Source: Actinomycetota bacterium | Lineage (GTDB): Bacteria; Actinomycetota; AC-67 | Direction of reading: 5' to 3' | DNA length: 64,000 bases | Assembly (NCBI GenBank): GCA_035307625.1 | Contig: DATGHY010000358.1 | Location: forward strand, 2,031 to 66,030 | Part shown: piece after piece, positions 19,926 to 28,182 of the stretch | Position numbering within the stretch: position 1 is the first letter of the stretch | How the letters are laid out: the number at the start of each line of letters is the position of its first letter | Program-made: the position numbers and the translations under genes | Notes under the pieces: model-generated | Database searches by the model: none | What the model saw: the letters and a program-made list of their open reading frames with translations, nothing else | Told to the model about the DNA's origin: nothing

Positions 19926-21209
19926 TCAATGCTGATGGCGCGTCGCGGAGGCGTCGTCGGCCGGCATCAGATCCATCCCACACTTCGGGCAGCGACCAGG
20001 CCCCATCTGACGCACCTCCGGGTGCATCGGACAGACATGCTCTTGATCGGACTCGCCCGGCGGCGGCGGGTTCCCCATCATGCGCAACATCGCCGGCCCG
20101 CCGGTTCTCAGGAATCGCACAACGAGCACGCCGGCGATCACCAAGAAGATGACGTTAAGCACCGTCGTGTAGTTCAGCGTGATTCCGGCCTCGACCACTC
20201 TCGCGTTCCTGACCGATGGGATCAGATGCAGAGCGTCGAACAGCAGCTCTACGATCAAACCCGCGATAACCATCGTGGCGTAGAACGTTCCGAAGAGGAA
20301 CAGTCCCATCTTCGGCCCGTAGTACTTCCGATAGATGTTGAGGATCGGAAGGATGATCAGGTCCGCGAAGATGAATGCTACGACACCGCCGAAGCTGATC
20401 CCCCCGTTCCACAGCACCGCCGCCAGCGGAACGTTCCCGATCGAGCAGACGAACGACAGCATCGCAACGAGCGGCCCGATCAGCGGCCCCCACAGCTTCG
20501 CCAGCACTGGATGGTGCACGAGGAAGAACGACTGCCAGAAGGAATTCGGTACCCACGCTGCGAGCGCGCCGGCGATCAGCAACCCGATAGCGATGTCGCG
20601 GATGATCGACGCCCAATCCATCACGAAGTAGTGGCTGATCGCCGTGCGACCTTCGGGTGACCGGATGCGCTGCATCAGCGAACCTTCTCCGACCGACATG
20701 TCCATGCTCGCGTGCCCTTCCATCACGCCGAGCAGCCCTCGCTCGGCCTGCGCGCGCGCGGCTTCGACCATGCGCGGCTTGAGGAAGAAACGGAACAAGA
20801 CGGAAAGGATCACGACCATGATCACGCCGCCGACCACTTCCGCGAGCGCGAACTGCCATCCGATGAGAACGATGAGCAGTATCCCGAGCTCGATCACGAG
20901 ATTCGTCGACGCGAACTCGAACGCCATCGCTGCGGTGAAGTCCGCGCCTTTGCGGAAGATCGCGCGCGCAAGCGCGACCGCCGCGTACGAACAGGACGAC
21001 GACGCCGCGCCGAGTGCGGCTGCGATCGACAGGGAGCGCCGCGAATCGTCCGGCAGCAGCCGGCTCATCTCCGACTTCGAAACAACCGCCTGTACGACGG
21101 CAGACAAACCGAAGCCGAGGATCAGCGCCCACAGGACCTCCCACGTCATGGACGCGGACAGGTGAAGCGCGCGCACGATCGCGCCGCCGACGCTCGCGAA
21201 CGTGATCAT
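19926..21209 (-). CDS. COG0701-type permease with C-terminal heavy-metal-binding (CusB/P1B-ATPase N-terminus-like) domain
   Basis: Multi-TM permease body (..FASTNLVIELGILL.., ..SIGNVPLAAVLWNGGISFGGVVAFIFADLII..) plus C-terminal CPMHPEVRQMGPGRCPKCGMDL. Start ATG (MITFASVGG) overlaps the ccdA stop (TGATG). Confidence 0.75.
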   Translation of the reverse strand: MITFASVGGAIVRALHLSASMTWEVLWALILGFGLSAVVQAVVSKSEMSRLLPDDSRRSLSIAAALGAASSSCSYAAVALARAIFRKGADFTAAMAFEFASTNLVIELGILLIVLIGWQFALAEVVGGVIMVVILSVLFRFFLKPRMVEAARAQAERGLLGVMEGHASMDMSVGEGSLMQRIRSPEGRTAISHYFVMDWASIIRDIAIGLLIAGALAAWVPNSFWQSFFLVHHPVLAKLWGPLIGPLVAMLSFVCSIGNVPLAAVLWNGGISFGGVVAFIFADLIILPILNIYRKYYGPKMGLFLFGTFYATMVIAGLIVELLFDALHLIPSVRNARVVEAGITLNYTTVLNVIFLVIAGVLVVRFLRTGGPAMLRMMGNPPPPGESDQEHVCPMHPEVRQMGPGRCPKCGMDLMPADDASATRHQH

Positions 21210-21979
21210 CAGATCGGCGGGGCGAACTTGTTGATCAGGCGCTGAAGAGGAGCGATCACGTTGTTCCACTGATCCGTCACGAGCAAGATGCCGATGGCGA
21301 TCATGAAGACGCCGCCGATCGCTTGAACGATCCGCAGGCGCGCGCGCAACCAGGCAGAAGCGATGAAAGCGCGCCGTAACCCGAGACCGGCCAGCAGGAA
21401 CCACACCCCGAAGCCCATCGAGAAGAAGAAGAGGAGGAGTGATGCCCGCCACGCCGATCCCTGCGTCGCACCGAGTGTCAGCATCACGCCGAGACCCGGA
21501 CCCACGCACGGGGTCCATCCTGCCGCAAACGCAAGCCCGAGCGGATACGCGCCGGCGATCCCCGGTTTCACTCTGCTGAAGAACGGGCGGCGCTCCTTCT
21601 CCAAGAACGGGAAGATGCCCGGCACGAGGAACGCGAGACCCATGATGATGACCACAGCGCCGGCGATGCGATTGATGCTCGAGAGATGCTTCAGCAAGAA
21701 ATCGCCGACGGCACTTGCGGCGAGCCCGAGGCCGGTGAACATCGTCGCGAACCCGAGCACGAATAGTCCGACGCCGAGCAGCGTTCTCCTTCGCGCCGCT
21801 TTCGTCTGGTCCGACTCCTCTCCCGACAATCCCGAGACGAACGACAGATAGCCGGGCAAGAGCGGCAAGATACAGGGAGAGAAGAACGAAACGGTCCCGA
21901 CGAAGAACGCAACGACGAACCCAACGGGTCCGAGCAACGCGCCGTTCACGCCGCCCGAAGCAGCGAGGACGGGCGTCAC
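21209..21979 (-). CDS. ccdA: Cytochrome c-type biogenesis protein CcdA (DsbD-family thiol-disulfide transporter)
   Basis: GTG start overlapping the resA stop (GTGA). Conserved ..FFSPCILPLLPGYLSFVSG.. and ..GWTPCVGPGLG.. redox cysteines. Confidence 0.85.
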   Translation of the reverse strand: MTPVLAASGGVNGALLGPVGFVVAFFVGTVSFFSPCILPLLPGYLSFVSGLSGEESDQTKAARRRTLLGVGLFVLGFATMFTGLGLAASAVGDFLLKHLSSINRIAGAVVIIMGLAFLVPGIFPFLEKERRPFFSRVKPGIAGAYPLGLAFAAGWTPCVGPGLGVMLTLGATQGSAWRASLLLFFFSMGFGVWFLLAGLGLRRAFIASAWLRARLRIVQAIGGVFMIAIGILLVTDQWNNVIAPLQRLINKFAPPI

Positions 21980-22530
21980 GTCAGCTCCGAGTCGATGAGC
22001 GCGCGCAATTCGCTCATGCTCGCGATCGAACCGATGAACTCTGCCGCGATCTTTCCTTGACGGTCGATGACGAACGTCGCCGGCATGAACCGGACACGGA
22101 ACGCGAACGCGATCGAAGAATCCGGATTGAAGACCGACGGGTACGTGACGTTGAACTGCTCGATGAACGCGAGCGCTGCCGCCTTCTGGTCGCGCCGCGT
22201 GTTGACGCCGACGAACTGCACCGGCTTGGACGCGTACTCCTTCGCGAGCGCCTCGAGCTCGGGCTGCTCGCGGAGACACGGCCCGCACCACGAGCCCCAG
22301 AAGTTCACGACGCCGACCTTGCCCGAAAAGATCGCCGACGAGATCGGCTGGTCTCCGCGGAGCGTGGAACCGCTGAACGCAGGCGCGGCCTTGCGATCGG
22401 CGGCCGGGATCCTGACGACTTGGAAACCGGTGGTCACGCCGATCCCGCCCGCCGATCCAGAACAGCCTGCGAGCAGCCCTGCCAGCGCAAGAGCAGCGGC
22501 GAGCGGCCTGAGCACGGCCCGGCGGGTCAT
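21976..22530 (-). CDS. resA: Thiol-disulfide oxidoreductase ResA/TlpA/CcsX (thioredoxin-like lipoprotein)
   Basis: Start MTRRAVLRPLAAALALAGLLAGCSG (lipoprotein signal); active site WGSWCGPC. Confidence 0.85.
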   Translation of the reverse strand: MTRRAVLRPLAAALALAGLLAGCSGSAGGIGVTTGFQVVRIPAADRKAAPAFSGSTLRGDQPISSAIFSGKVGVVNFWGSWCGPCLREQPELEALAKEYASKPVQFVGVNTRRDQKAAALAFIEQFNVTYPSVFNPDSSIAFAFRVRFMPATFVIDRQGKIAAEFIGSIASMSELRALIDSELT

Positions 22531-22549
22531 CCCGCGGCGACTGTAGCAA

Positions 22550-22571
22550 CGGCGGAAACCGGTTGCCGCCG
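22550..22571. promoter_or_regulatory. 22-bp near-perfect palindrome (CGGCGGAAACCGGTTGCCGCCG, with inner AACCGGTT palindrome) in the divergent resA / tlpA-like intergenic region
   Basis: Seen directly in sequence; 20/22 symmetric positions; lies between two divergently transcribed thioredoxin-like genes. Confidence 0.3.
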
Positions 22572-22608
22572 TACGGCGGACCGCGCCCGATTGCGCCACA
22601 ATCTGTCC

Positions 22609-23160
22609 GTGCGCGCGCTCCGGCTCATCGCGATCCCGCTACTTGTCCTCTCTATCTCTTGCACGAGCACCACCGGCGCCTCCCCCTTCCCTGCGTGCAC
22701 GCCCCACAGCTTGACCTCGCAGGGGAAGGCCCTTCCCGATTGCACATTCGAGGGATTCAACGGGTCGCCGACGCTGAAGCTCTCGTCTCTTCGCGGAAAA
22801 CCGTCCGTCCTTAACTTCTGGGCGTCTTGGTGCATCCAATGCATCGGAGAGATGCCGGCCTTCCAGAAGGTCTATGCCTCGCTCGGCGGGAAGGTGGCGT
22901 TCGTTGGCATGAACGTCCTCAACCTGCAGGGCGAGACGATGGGCGCGGGTCGTTCCTTCGCGAAACGGACGGGCGTCCATTACCAGCTCGCGTTCGACCC
23001 GAACGGATTGCTCTACGGCCACTTCCAGAACCCCCTCCGCCCCGCGATGCCGATCACCGTCTTCGTGGACGCTCGCGGCATCGTGAAAGACTTGAACATC
23101 GGCGCGCTCGACGAAAGGAGCCTCCGCCAGAAGATCCAGGCCGACTTCGGCATCACGTAA
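22609..23160 (+). CDS. Second TlpA/ResA-family thiol-disulfide oxidoreductase (lipoprotein-like signal)
   Basis: GTG start (VRALRLIAIPLLVLSISCTS..); an alternative TTG lies at 22591. Thioredoxin motif FWASWCIQC; 183 aa. Confidence 0.78.
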   Translation: MRALRLIAIPLLVLSISCTSTTGASPFPACTPHSLTSQGKALPDCTFEGFNGSPTLKLSSLRGKPSVLNFWASWCIQCIGEMPAFQKVYASLGGKVAFVGMNVLNLQGETMGAGRSFAKRTGVHYQLAFDPNGLLYGHFQNPLRPAMPITVFVDARGIVKDLNIGALDERSLRQKIQADFGIT

Positions 23161-23238
23161 TCACATGCGCGCTGTTGCGTTCGCGCGCGCGAGAGGGAGA
23201 TAATCCGGCCTGCTCGACCGTATTTTTTTTGAGTGCTC

Positions 23239-23256
23239 TTGTGAACAATGTCACAA
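23239..23256. promoter_or_regulatory. Rex/CRP-type palindromic operator (TTGTGAACAATGTCACAA) upstream of the b6c-complex operon
   Basis: 17/18 match to Rex box TTGTGAA-N4-TTCACAA; also matches CRP/GlxR TGTGA-N6-TCACA. Centred about 71 bp upstream of a TATAAT at 23306-23311. Confidence 0.55.
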
Positions 23257-23305
23257 GCGCTGAGGAGGCATCACCGCTGCTTGGGAATGGGCTCGGACTC
23301 CCCCG

Positions 23306-23311
23306 TATAAT
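23306..23311 (+). promoter_or_regulatory. Candidate -10 hexamer (TATAAT) for the b6c-complex operon
   Basis: Perfect TATAAT about 35 nt upstream of the first gene's start; preceded by a TTGGGA-like -35; AT-richer patch in a GC-rich genome. Confidence 0.35.
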
Positions 23312-23344
23312 CCCCGTGCGGACTTCGTAGGAGGCTGTTGGTCG

Positions 23345-23764
23345 TTGATCGCAATCACCGATCTCACCTACCCCGACACGGCGAACCCCGTCCTTCTTCT
23401 CTATGAACTCCTGTACATCGGGATCGGGATCGCCCTCCTCATCGCTTCCTCGCGCGTGAAGAGCGAGTGGGTCAAAGCATCGCTCGCGGGATTCGGCCTC
23501 GCGATCCTTGCGCTGCGATTGCTTGCAGTTGTACCAAGCTGGTGGCTGTACTTCTCCGACTCGCACCTCCACTGGGGAGGCCAGGGCTGCACGGCGATCG
23601 ACGCGCAGTGCATCAAGCAGGCCGTTAAAGACACCGCGGTCGTGATCGAGAATGCGATCGTCCTCGGTGGTTTCGTGGTCGGGTTCTTGATCTGGCAGAA
23701 GAAGTTCCCGAAGCAGCTCGCGCCGGGTGAGTCCAAGCCCGAAGCGACGGGAGGCTACAAGTAA
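23345..23764 (+). CDS. Small integral membrane protein (3 TM), first gene of the b6c-complex operon
   Basis: TTG start preceded by AGGAGG ribosome-binding site; hydrophobic segments; stop overlaps the ferredoxin start (TAATG). Confidence 0.6.
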   Translation: MIAITDLTYPDTANPVLLLYELLYIGIGIALLIASSRVKSEWVKASLAGFGLAILALRLLAVVPSWWLYFSDSHLHWGGQGCTAIDAQCIKQAVKDTAVVIENAIVLGGFVVGFLIWQKKFPKQLAPGESKPEATGGYK

Positions 23765-24114
23765 TGTCGGCCCAGTCGAACAAGCCGCAGTTCTACGACG
23801 AGTACGACCTCAAGGTCGTCGACCCGAATTGGTTGCAGCAACGGGTCAAGCCGAAGCGGCACATCGGACTCGAGGCCGACCTCTGTATCTTGTGCCGCGC
23901 GTGCGAAGACGTCTGCCCGTGGGACTGCATCTATATGTTGTCCGGCGAGATCGTGGCGGACGCCGATCAAGCGGCGATCAAGGATGCTTCCGGCAACGCG
24001 GCCGCCGTGTTCGTCATCGACGACACGGAGTGCACGCGGTGCGGGATATGCGTGGACCGGTGCCCGTCGGACGCGCTGTTCTACATAACCGTCGGCGATC
24101 GGGCGAAGAAGTAG
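23764..24114 (+). CDS. 2x[4Fe-4S] ferredoxin
   Basis: Two canonical clusters: CILCRACEDVCP and CTRCGICVDRCP; 116 aa. Confidence 0.85.
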   Translation: MSAQSNKPQFYDEYDLKVVDPNWLQQRVKPKRHIGLEADLCILCRACEDVCPWDCIYMLSGEIVADADQAAIKDASGNAAAVFVIDDTECTRCGICVDRCPSDALFYITVGDRAKK

Positions 24115-24135
24115 CACGGTTCATCGGGGGGAAAC

Positions 24136-24921
24136 GTGGCAAAGGAAACGAAGCCGCTCCTGACGGAACAGATGGAGCTCCTGCGCGACAAGGTGCAGGA
24201 CTCGCAGGTATGGAAGTCGATCTTCCGTCCGGGTTCGTACCTTCGGAAGGGCTATCGCGACACGTCGCGCGACCGCGCGCTCGCGACGATGAACAATGTG
24301 CTCTACCACCTTCACCCCGTGAAGGTGAAGCGCCATGGCTTGAAGCTGACCTACACGTTCTGTCTCGGCGGTCTTTCGTTCTTCCTCTTCACGATCCTGA
24401 CGATCACCGGCATCTACCTGATGTTCTTCTACCGGCCGTCGGTCGACCTCCAGTCTGCGCAGGTTTACAAAGACATGCAGGACCTGTCGCAGGCGATCAC
24501 GTTCGGGCAGCTCGTCCGCAACATGCACCGCTGGGCGGCACACTTGATGGTGCTCACGGTGTTCTTGCACATGGCGCGCGTCTTCTACCACGGCGCGTAC
24601 AAGCCTCCCCGCGAGTTCAACTGGGTCGTCGGAGTCAACCTCCTGCAGATCACGCTGCTGCTTTCGTTCACCGGCTACCTGCTTCCCTGGGACCAGCTCG
24701 CGATCTGGGCGGTCACGGTGGGAACGAACATGATGGGCTACACACCCGTGTTCGGACGACAGGTGAAGTTCGTCCTTGTCGGCGGATTGGAGGTGGGGCC
24801 GCCGACGCTCATCCGTTGGTATGTCTTACACGTCTTAGCCTTACCCTTCGTCGCCGTGCTCCTTATGGCCGTGCACTTCTGGCGGATCCGTAAGGACGGC
24901 GGGATCAGCGGACCGCTCTAG
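24136..24921 (+). CDS. petB: Cytochrome b6-type (split cytochrome b, N-terminal 4-helix haem-binding half)
   Basis: 261 aa; haem-ligand histidines in ..[23 protein letters not shown]..; the cytochrome b N-terminal domain alone, as in b6f/Bacillus QcrB. Confidence 0.88.
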   Translation: MAKETKPLLTEQMELLRDKVQDSQVWKSIFRPGSYLRKGYRDTSRDRALATMNNVLYHLHPVKVKRHGLKLTYTFCLGGLSFFLFTILTITGIYLMFFYRPSVDLQSAQVYKDMQDLSQAITFGQLVRNMHRWAAHLMVLTVFLHMARVFYHGAYKPPREFNWVVGVNLLQITLLLSFTGYLLPWDQLAIWAVTVGTNMMGYTPVFGRQVKFVLVGGLEVGPPTLIRWYVLHVLALPFVAVLLMAVHFWRIRKDGGISGPL

Positions 24922-24932
24922 AGAGAGAGGCC

Positions 24933-25787
24933 ATGGCGGATCGCGAAGAAGTCGGGATCGATCAGGAAACCTTCGACAAGGCAATCGCCGAAGGGAAGCC
25001 TGAACGCGTCGCGCGCGCGCTGGCGAAGTCGGCGTACGTGCGGAAGACGCGCGGTCCTGCCGCGCCCGGAACTCCGAAGGCGGCACCCGCTGAGGGCGCG
25101 CCGGCGGAAGCGCCTGCCGCGGCTCCGGCCGCAGCGCCCGCTGCTGGCGCCGCGCCGGCTGCACCCGCGGCGTCGGCACCGACGACGGCAGTCGTCGAAC
25201 GCCTCAGCCCTGAAGAGCGGGCCGCGCGCGTCGCTGCAGCGACCGGCCGAAGCGCGACCGGGAACGGCGGCGGAGGCCGTGGGCTCGGCGGCGGCGAGGT
25301 CCACCGGCTGCTCGCCGTCGTTCCGCCCGAAGGCATCCAGCGAACGGTCAAACGTCAAGACGACAAGGTCAACGTATGGCCGCACTTGCTCGCGGCTGAG
25401 TTCCTCTCGCTCATCCTGATGACGGCGTTCCTCGTCGTCTTCTCGACGTTCAAGAACGCGCCGTTCCGAGAGCTGGCGAACCCAAGCCTCACGCCGAACC
25501 CGTCGAAGGCCCCGTGGTACTTCCTCGGACTCCAGGAGCTGCTGCGCTACTTCCACCCGCAGGTCGCCGGCGTGACGATCCCGGGTCTTGGTCTGTTCGG
25601 TCTGATGGCGGTGCCGTATGCGGACAAGAATCCAAGCATGCAACCGCACCGTCGCAAGCTGGCGATCATCCTCTTCACGATGTTCATGATGTTCTGGTCC
25701 GTCCTCGTCATCCTCGGCGTCCTCTTCCGCGGCCCCGGTTACAACTTCATCTGGCCCTGGAAGACCGGCGTCTTCTTCGATCTCTAG
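24933..25787 (+). CDS. petD: Cytochrome b6f-type subunit IV (cytochrome b C-terminal domain) with about 140-aa Ala/Pro-rich N-terminal extension
   Basis: C-terminal 3-TM domain with ..PSKAPWYFLGLQELLRYF.. (PEWY-type motif). N-terminal low-complexity AAPAEGAPAEAPAAAPAAAPAAGAAPAAPAA. Confidence 0.8.
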   Translation: MADREEVGIDQETFDKAIAEGKPERVARALAKSAYVRKTRGPAAPGTPKAAPAEGAPAEAPAAAPAAAPAAGAAPAAPAASAPTTAVVERLSPEERAARVAAATGRSATGNGGGGRGLGGGEVHRLLAVVPPEGIQRTVKRQDDKVNVWPHLLAAEFLSLILMTAFLVVFSTFKNAPFRELANPSLTPNPSKAPWYFLGLQELLRYFHPQVAGVTIPGLGLFGLMAVPYADKNPSMQPHRRKLAIILFTMFMMFWSVLVILGVLFRGPGYNFIWPWKTGVFFDL

Positions 25788-25805
25788 GCAGGGGGAACAA
25801 CAGCT

Positions 25806-26534
25806 TTGATCGCAAAGATCGGTGCCGGCACGTGGGTCATCATCGGGATCGCAGCAGCCATCGGAGGGCTCGGGTTCGGCCTGATGGCCATCAACGTGTT
25901 GGCGATCATCCGTCCGCGTCAGGCGGGTGAGCAGGGGCAGCCGCGGCCGCTCGTCGGCAAGCCGCGGCAGATGACTCGGCGCGCATTCTTCCGTCGGTTG
26001 CTCGGCGCAGCGTTCGGGCTCGCGATGCTCGACTTCGGCGCCGCCAGTCTCGCGTTCCTGTGGCCGAGCTTGGGAGGCGGCTTCGGCGGCAAGATCACAC
26101 TCGCGACGTCCGTCGACGACGTCAAGGCGCAGATCACCGCGACAAAGCAGCCCTTCTACTTCGCGCCCGGCCGCTTCTACCTCGTTCCCTACGACCCGAC
26201 CAACGACAAGCAAGGCATCTACAAGAACGCAGGTTTGCTCGCAGGCGGGTTGATGGCCCTGTACCAGCGCTGCGTGCACCTCGGCTGTCGCGTCCCGTTC
26301 TGCCAGGCATCTCAATGGTTCGAGTGTCCGTGCCACGGCTCGAAGTACAACCGCGCCGGTGAGTACAAGCTCGGCCCGGCGCCGCGCGGCCTCGATCGCA
26401 TGCCGCTCACGCTGAACGGCAGCATCCTCACGATCGATACCGGCAACATCCAGACGGGCCCGCCGCGCGGGACGAACACGACCGGACAGGACCCGGAGGG
26501 TCCGTTCTGCGTCGCACCGGTGGGCGGGCACTGA
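25806..26534 (+). CDS. petC: Rieske 2Fe-2S iron-sulfur protein (Tat signal)
   Basis: TTG start; twin-arginine leader TRRAFFRRLLGAAFGLA; Rieske boxes CVHLGC and CPCHGS. Confidence 0.9.
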   Translation: MIAKIGAGTWVIIGIAAAIGGLGFGLMAINVLAIIRPRQAGEQGQPRPLVGKPRQMTRRAFFRRLLGAAFGLAMLDFGAASLAFLWPSLGGGFGGKITLATSVDDVKAQITATKQPFYFAPGRFYLVPYDPTNDKQGIYKNAGLLAGGLMALYQRCVHLGCRVPFCQASQWFECPCHGSKYNRAGEYKLGPAPRGLDRMPLTLNGSILTIDTGNIQTGPPRGTNTTGQDPEGPFCVAPVGGH

Positions 26535-27412
26535 TGCTGGGTGCGATCCTCGCCATCAATTCGCGCGTCGGGACGGCGATCGCCGTCATCGGAGGCCTCG
26601 CGGTCTTCGGCTTGCTTCTCGTCCTCACCGCAGCAGGAGAGCTTCGCGGGCGCCGCAAGGCGCGCATCCCCGCCGCGTTCCGCCCGGGCCCGAGCGACGA
26701 AGAGCTGGAGAGCAAGGTCCTGGTCCGCTACATGCTTTGGGGTGGCGTCGCGCTGCTCGTCATCGCGCTGTGGCTGCCGGCGTACTGGTTCCACGAGCCG
26801 CGGCGCCTCGCGTCGGAGCAGAAGGCGATCGCCGCTGAGACGGTCGATCAAGGCAAGCAACAGTTCCTGACGCTGTGCGCACAATGCCACGGCACCGATG
26901 CGAGCGGCGGCGTCCGGACATACGTGATCGACGGGATCTCGCGGAACTACGCCGAGCCGCCATTGAAGTACATCTACGACCGGTACACGAAGGGCGGCCG
27001 AAACACCGACGACATCACGCAGATCATCTACGACGCGATCAACCGCGGCCGGCCGGGAACGCCGATGCCGACGTGGGGTCTTCCTTTCGGCGGCCCCCTC
27101 AACAGCCGGCAGGTCGACACGATCGTTGCGTTCCTACAGAGCATCCAACAGCCGTTCCCCGAAGCCGACACGATCGACGGCGCCGCACTTTTCCAAGCGA
27201 ACTGCGCGATCTGTCACGGCGCCAACGCGAAGGGCGGCGTCGGTCCGAACCTGACGGTCGAACTCCAGCGCAACACGCGGGATGAGGTCACGAAGACGAT
27301 CATGGATGGACGGCTGAACATCAACCGTCCATCGATGCCTGCGTGGGCGGGCCTCGGCCAGCCGGCGATCGAAGCGCTCGTTCAGTTCATCGAGAGCATC
27401 CAGGTGAGGTGA
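26534..27412 (+). CDS. Dihaem c-type cytochrome (membrane-anchored)
   Basis: Two CxxCH motifs (CAQCHG, CAICHG); N-terminal TM anchor; start overlaps the Rieske stop (TGATG). Confidence 0.88.
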   Translation: MLGAILAINSRVGTAIAVIGGLAVFGLLLVLTAAGELRGRRKARIPAAFRPGPSDEELESKVLVRYMLWGGVALLVIALWLPAYWFHEPRRLASEQKAIAAETVDQGKQQFLTLCAQCHGTDASGGVRTYVIDGISRNYAEPPLKYIYDRYTKGGRNTDDITQIIYDAINRGRPGTPMPTWGLPFGGPLNSRQVDTIVAFLQSIQQPFPEADTIDGAALFQANCAICHGANAKGGVGPNLTVELQRNTRDEVTKTIMDGRLNINRPSMPAWAGLGQPAIEALVQFIESIQVR

Positions 27413-27414
27413 CG

Positions 27415-28182
27415 ATGGCCTTCCTGCACCTCATCCCCCTCGCGTGCGACGGCTGCTGGTCGGGTTGGCAGGCGGTCCTCGGCCTCGTCATCGCCGTCAC
27501 CGTTCTGATCGGCAGCATCTACATGCTGCTCGCCTCGAACTTCGGCGCGCGCTTGGGCTACCTCGTCCTTATGGTTTCACTGATGGCGTGGATCATCCTG
27601 CTTTCCGCCATGTGGCTGTTCGGCCTTCCCGGCACGACGCCGGGCACCGGCCCGCGGGGTCAAGAAGCAGCCTGGATACCGTTCCTCCCGAGCAGCGATC
27701 AGGGGAAGGTCTTCGCCGACACGTTGAACACGTTCCCGAACGGCTCGACGTGGAAGCCGATCGGAACGTTGTTCTCGGGGAACGTCGACTCGAAGGGTGA
27801 GTTCGCCACCGTGCGGACCATCGTCCAGGAGTCTCTGGCCGCGCTGGCGGCCAAGCAGAAGCTACCGGCCACCGATCCGACCGACTGGAACTTCCGAGCA
27901 GCCGGCGTCCCGCCTTCCACGCCGGATGAACAGCCCTTCCCGCAAGCGCAGGTCGCCTTCTCGAAGACGGGCACGCCGTTGATCTTCGGCGTCGACATCC
28001 CGGCCACATCGAAGCACCCAGAGATCGTCGTGTTCGCGTACAAGAACAAAGGCAAGGTGTACCTGTATGCGCTCTACTTCTTGATCGTAGGGATCCTGGG
28101 CTTCGCCGCACACTTGTGGTTCCTCGCGCGCTACGAGCGACATCAGAAAGAACGCGACGAGGCGTTACAGCCCGCGGCTTAG
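27415..28182 (+). CDS. Membrane protein of unknown function, last gene of the b6c-complex operon
   Basis: ATG with GGTGAGGTGA ribosome-binding site; N-terminal TM helices, extracytoplasmic domain, C-terminal TM (..[21 protein letters not shown]..). Confidence 0.6.
   Translation: MAFLHLIPLACDGCWSGWQAVLGLVIAVTVLIGSIYMLLASNFGARLGYLVLMVSLMAWIILLSAMWLFGLPGTTPGTGPRGQEAAWIPFLPSSDQGKVFADTLNTFPNGSTWKPIGTLFSGNVDSKGEFATVRTIVQESLAALAAKQKLPATDPTDWNFRAAGVPPSTPDEQPFPQAQVAFSKTGTPLIFGVDIPATSKHPEIVVFAYKNKGKVYLYALYFLIVGILGFAAHLWFLARYERHQKERDEALQPAA

Noticed and set aside
22057-23160. 367-aa ORF running antisense through resA into the tlpA-like gene
   Set aside because: Only the C-terminal 183 residues (from GTG 22609) have a signal peptide and thioredoxin motif. 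The N-terminal part is antisense to resA.
23239-23256. Interpreting the TGTGA-N6-TCACA site strictly as a CRP site
   Set aside because: The full 18-mer equally fits the Rex consensus, and rex plus two more Rex boxes are in the window. It is kept as Rex/CRP-type rather than CRP only.
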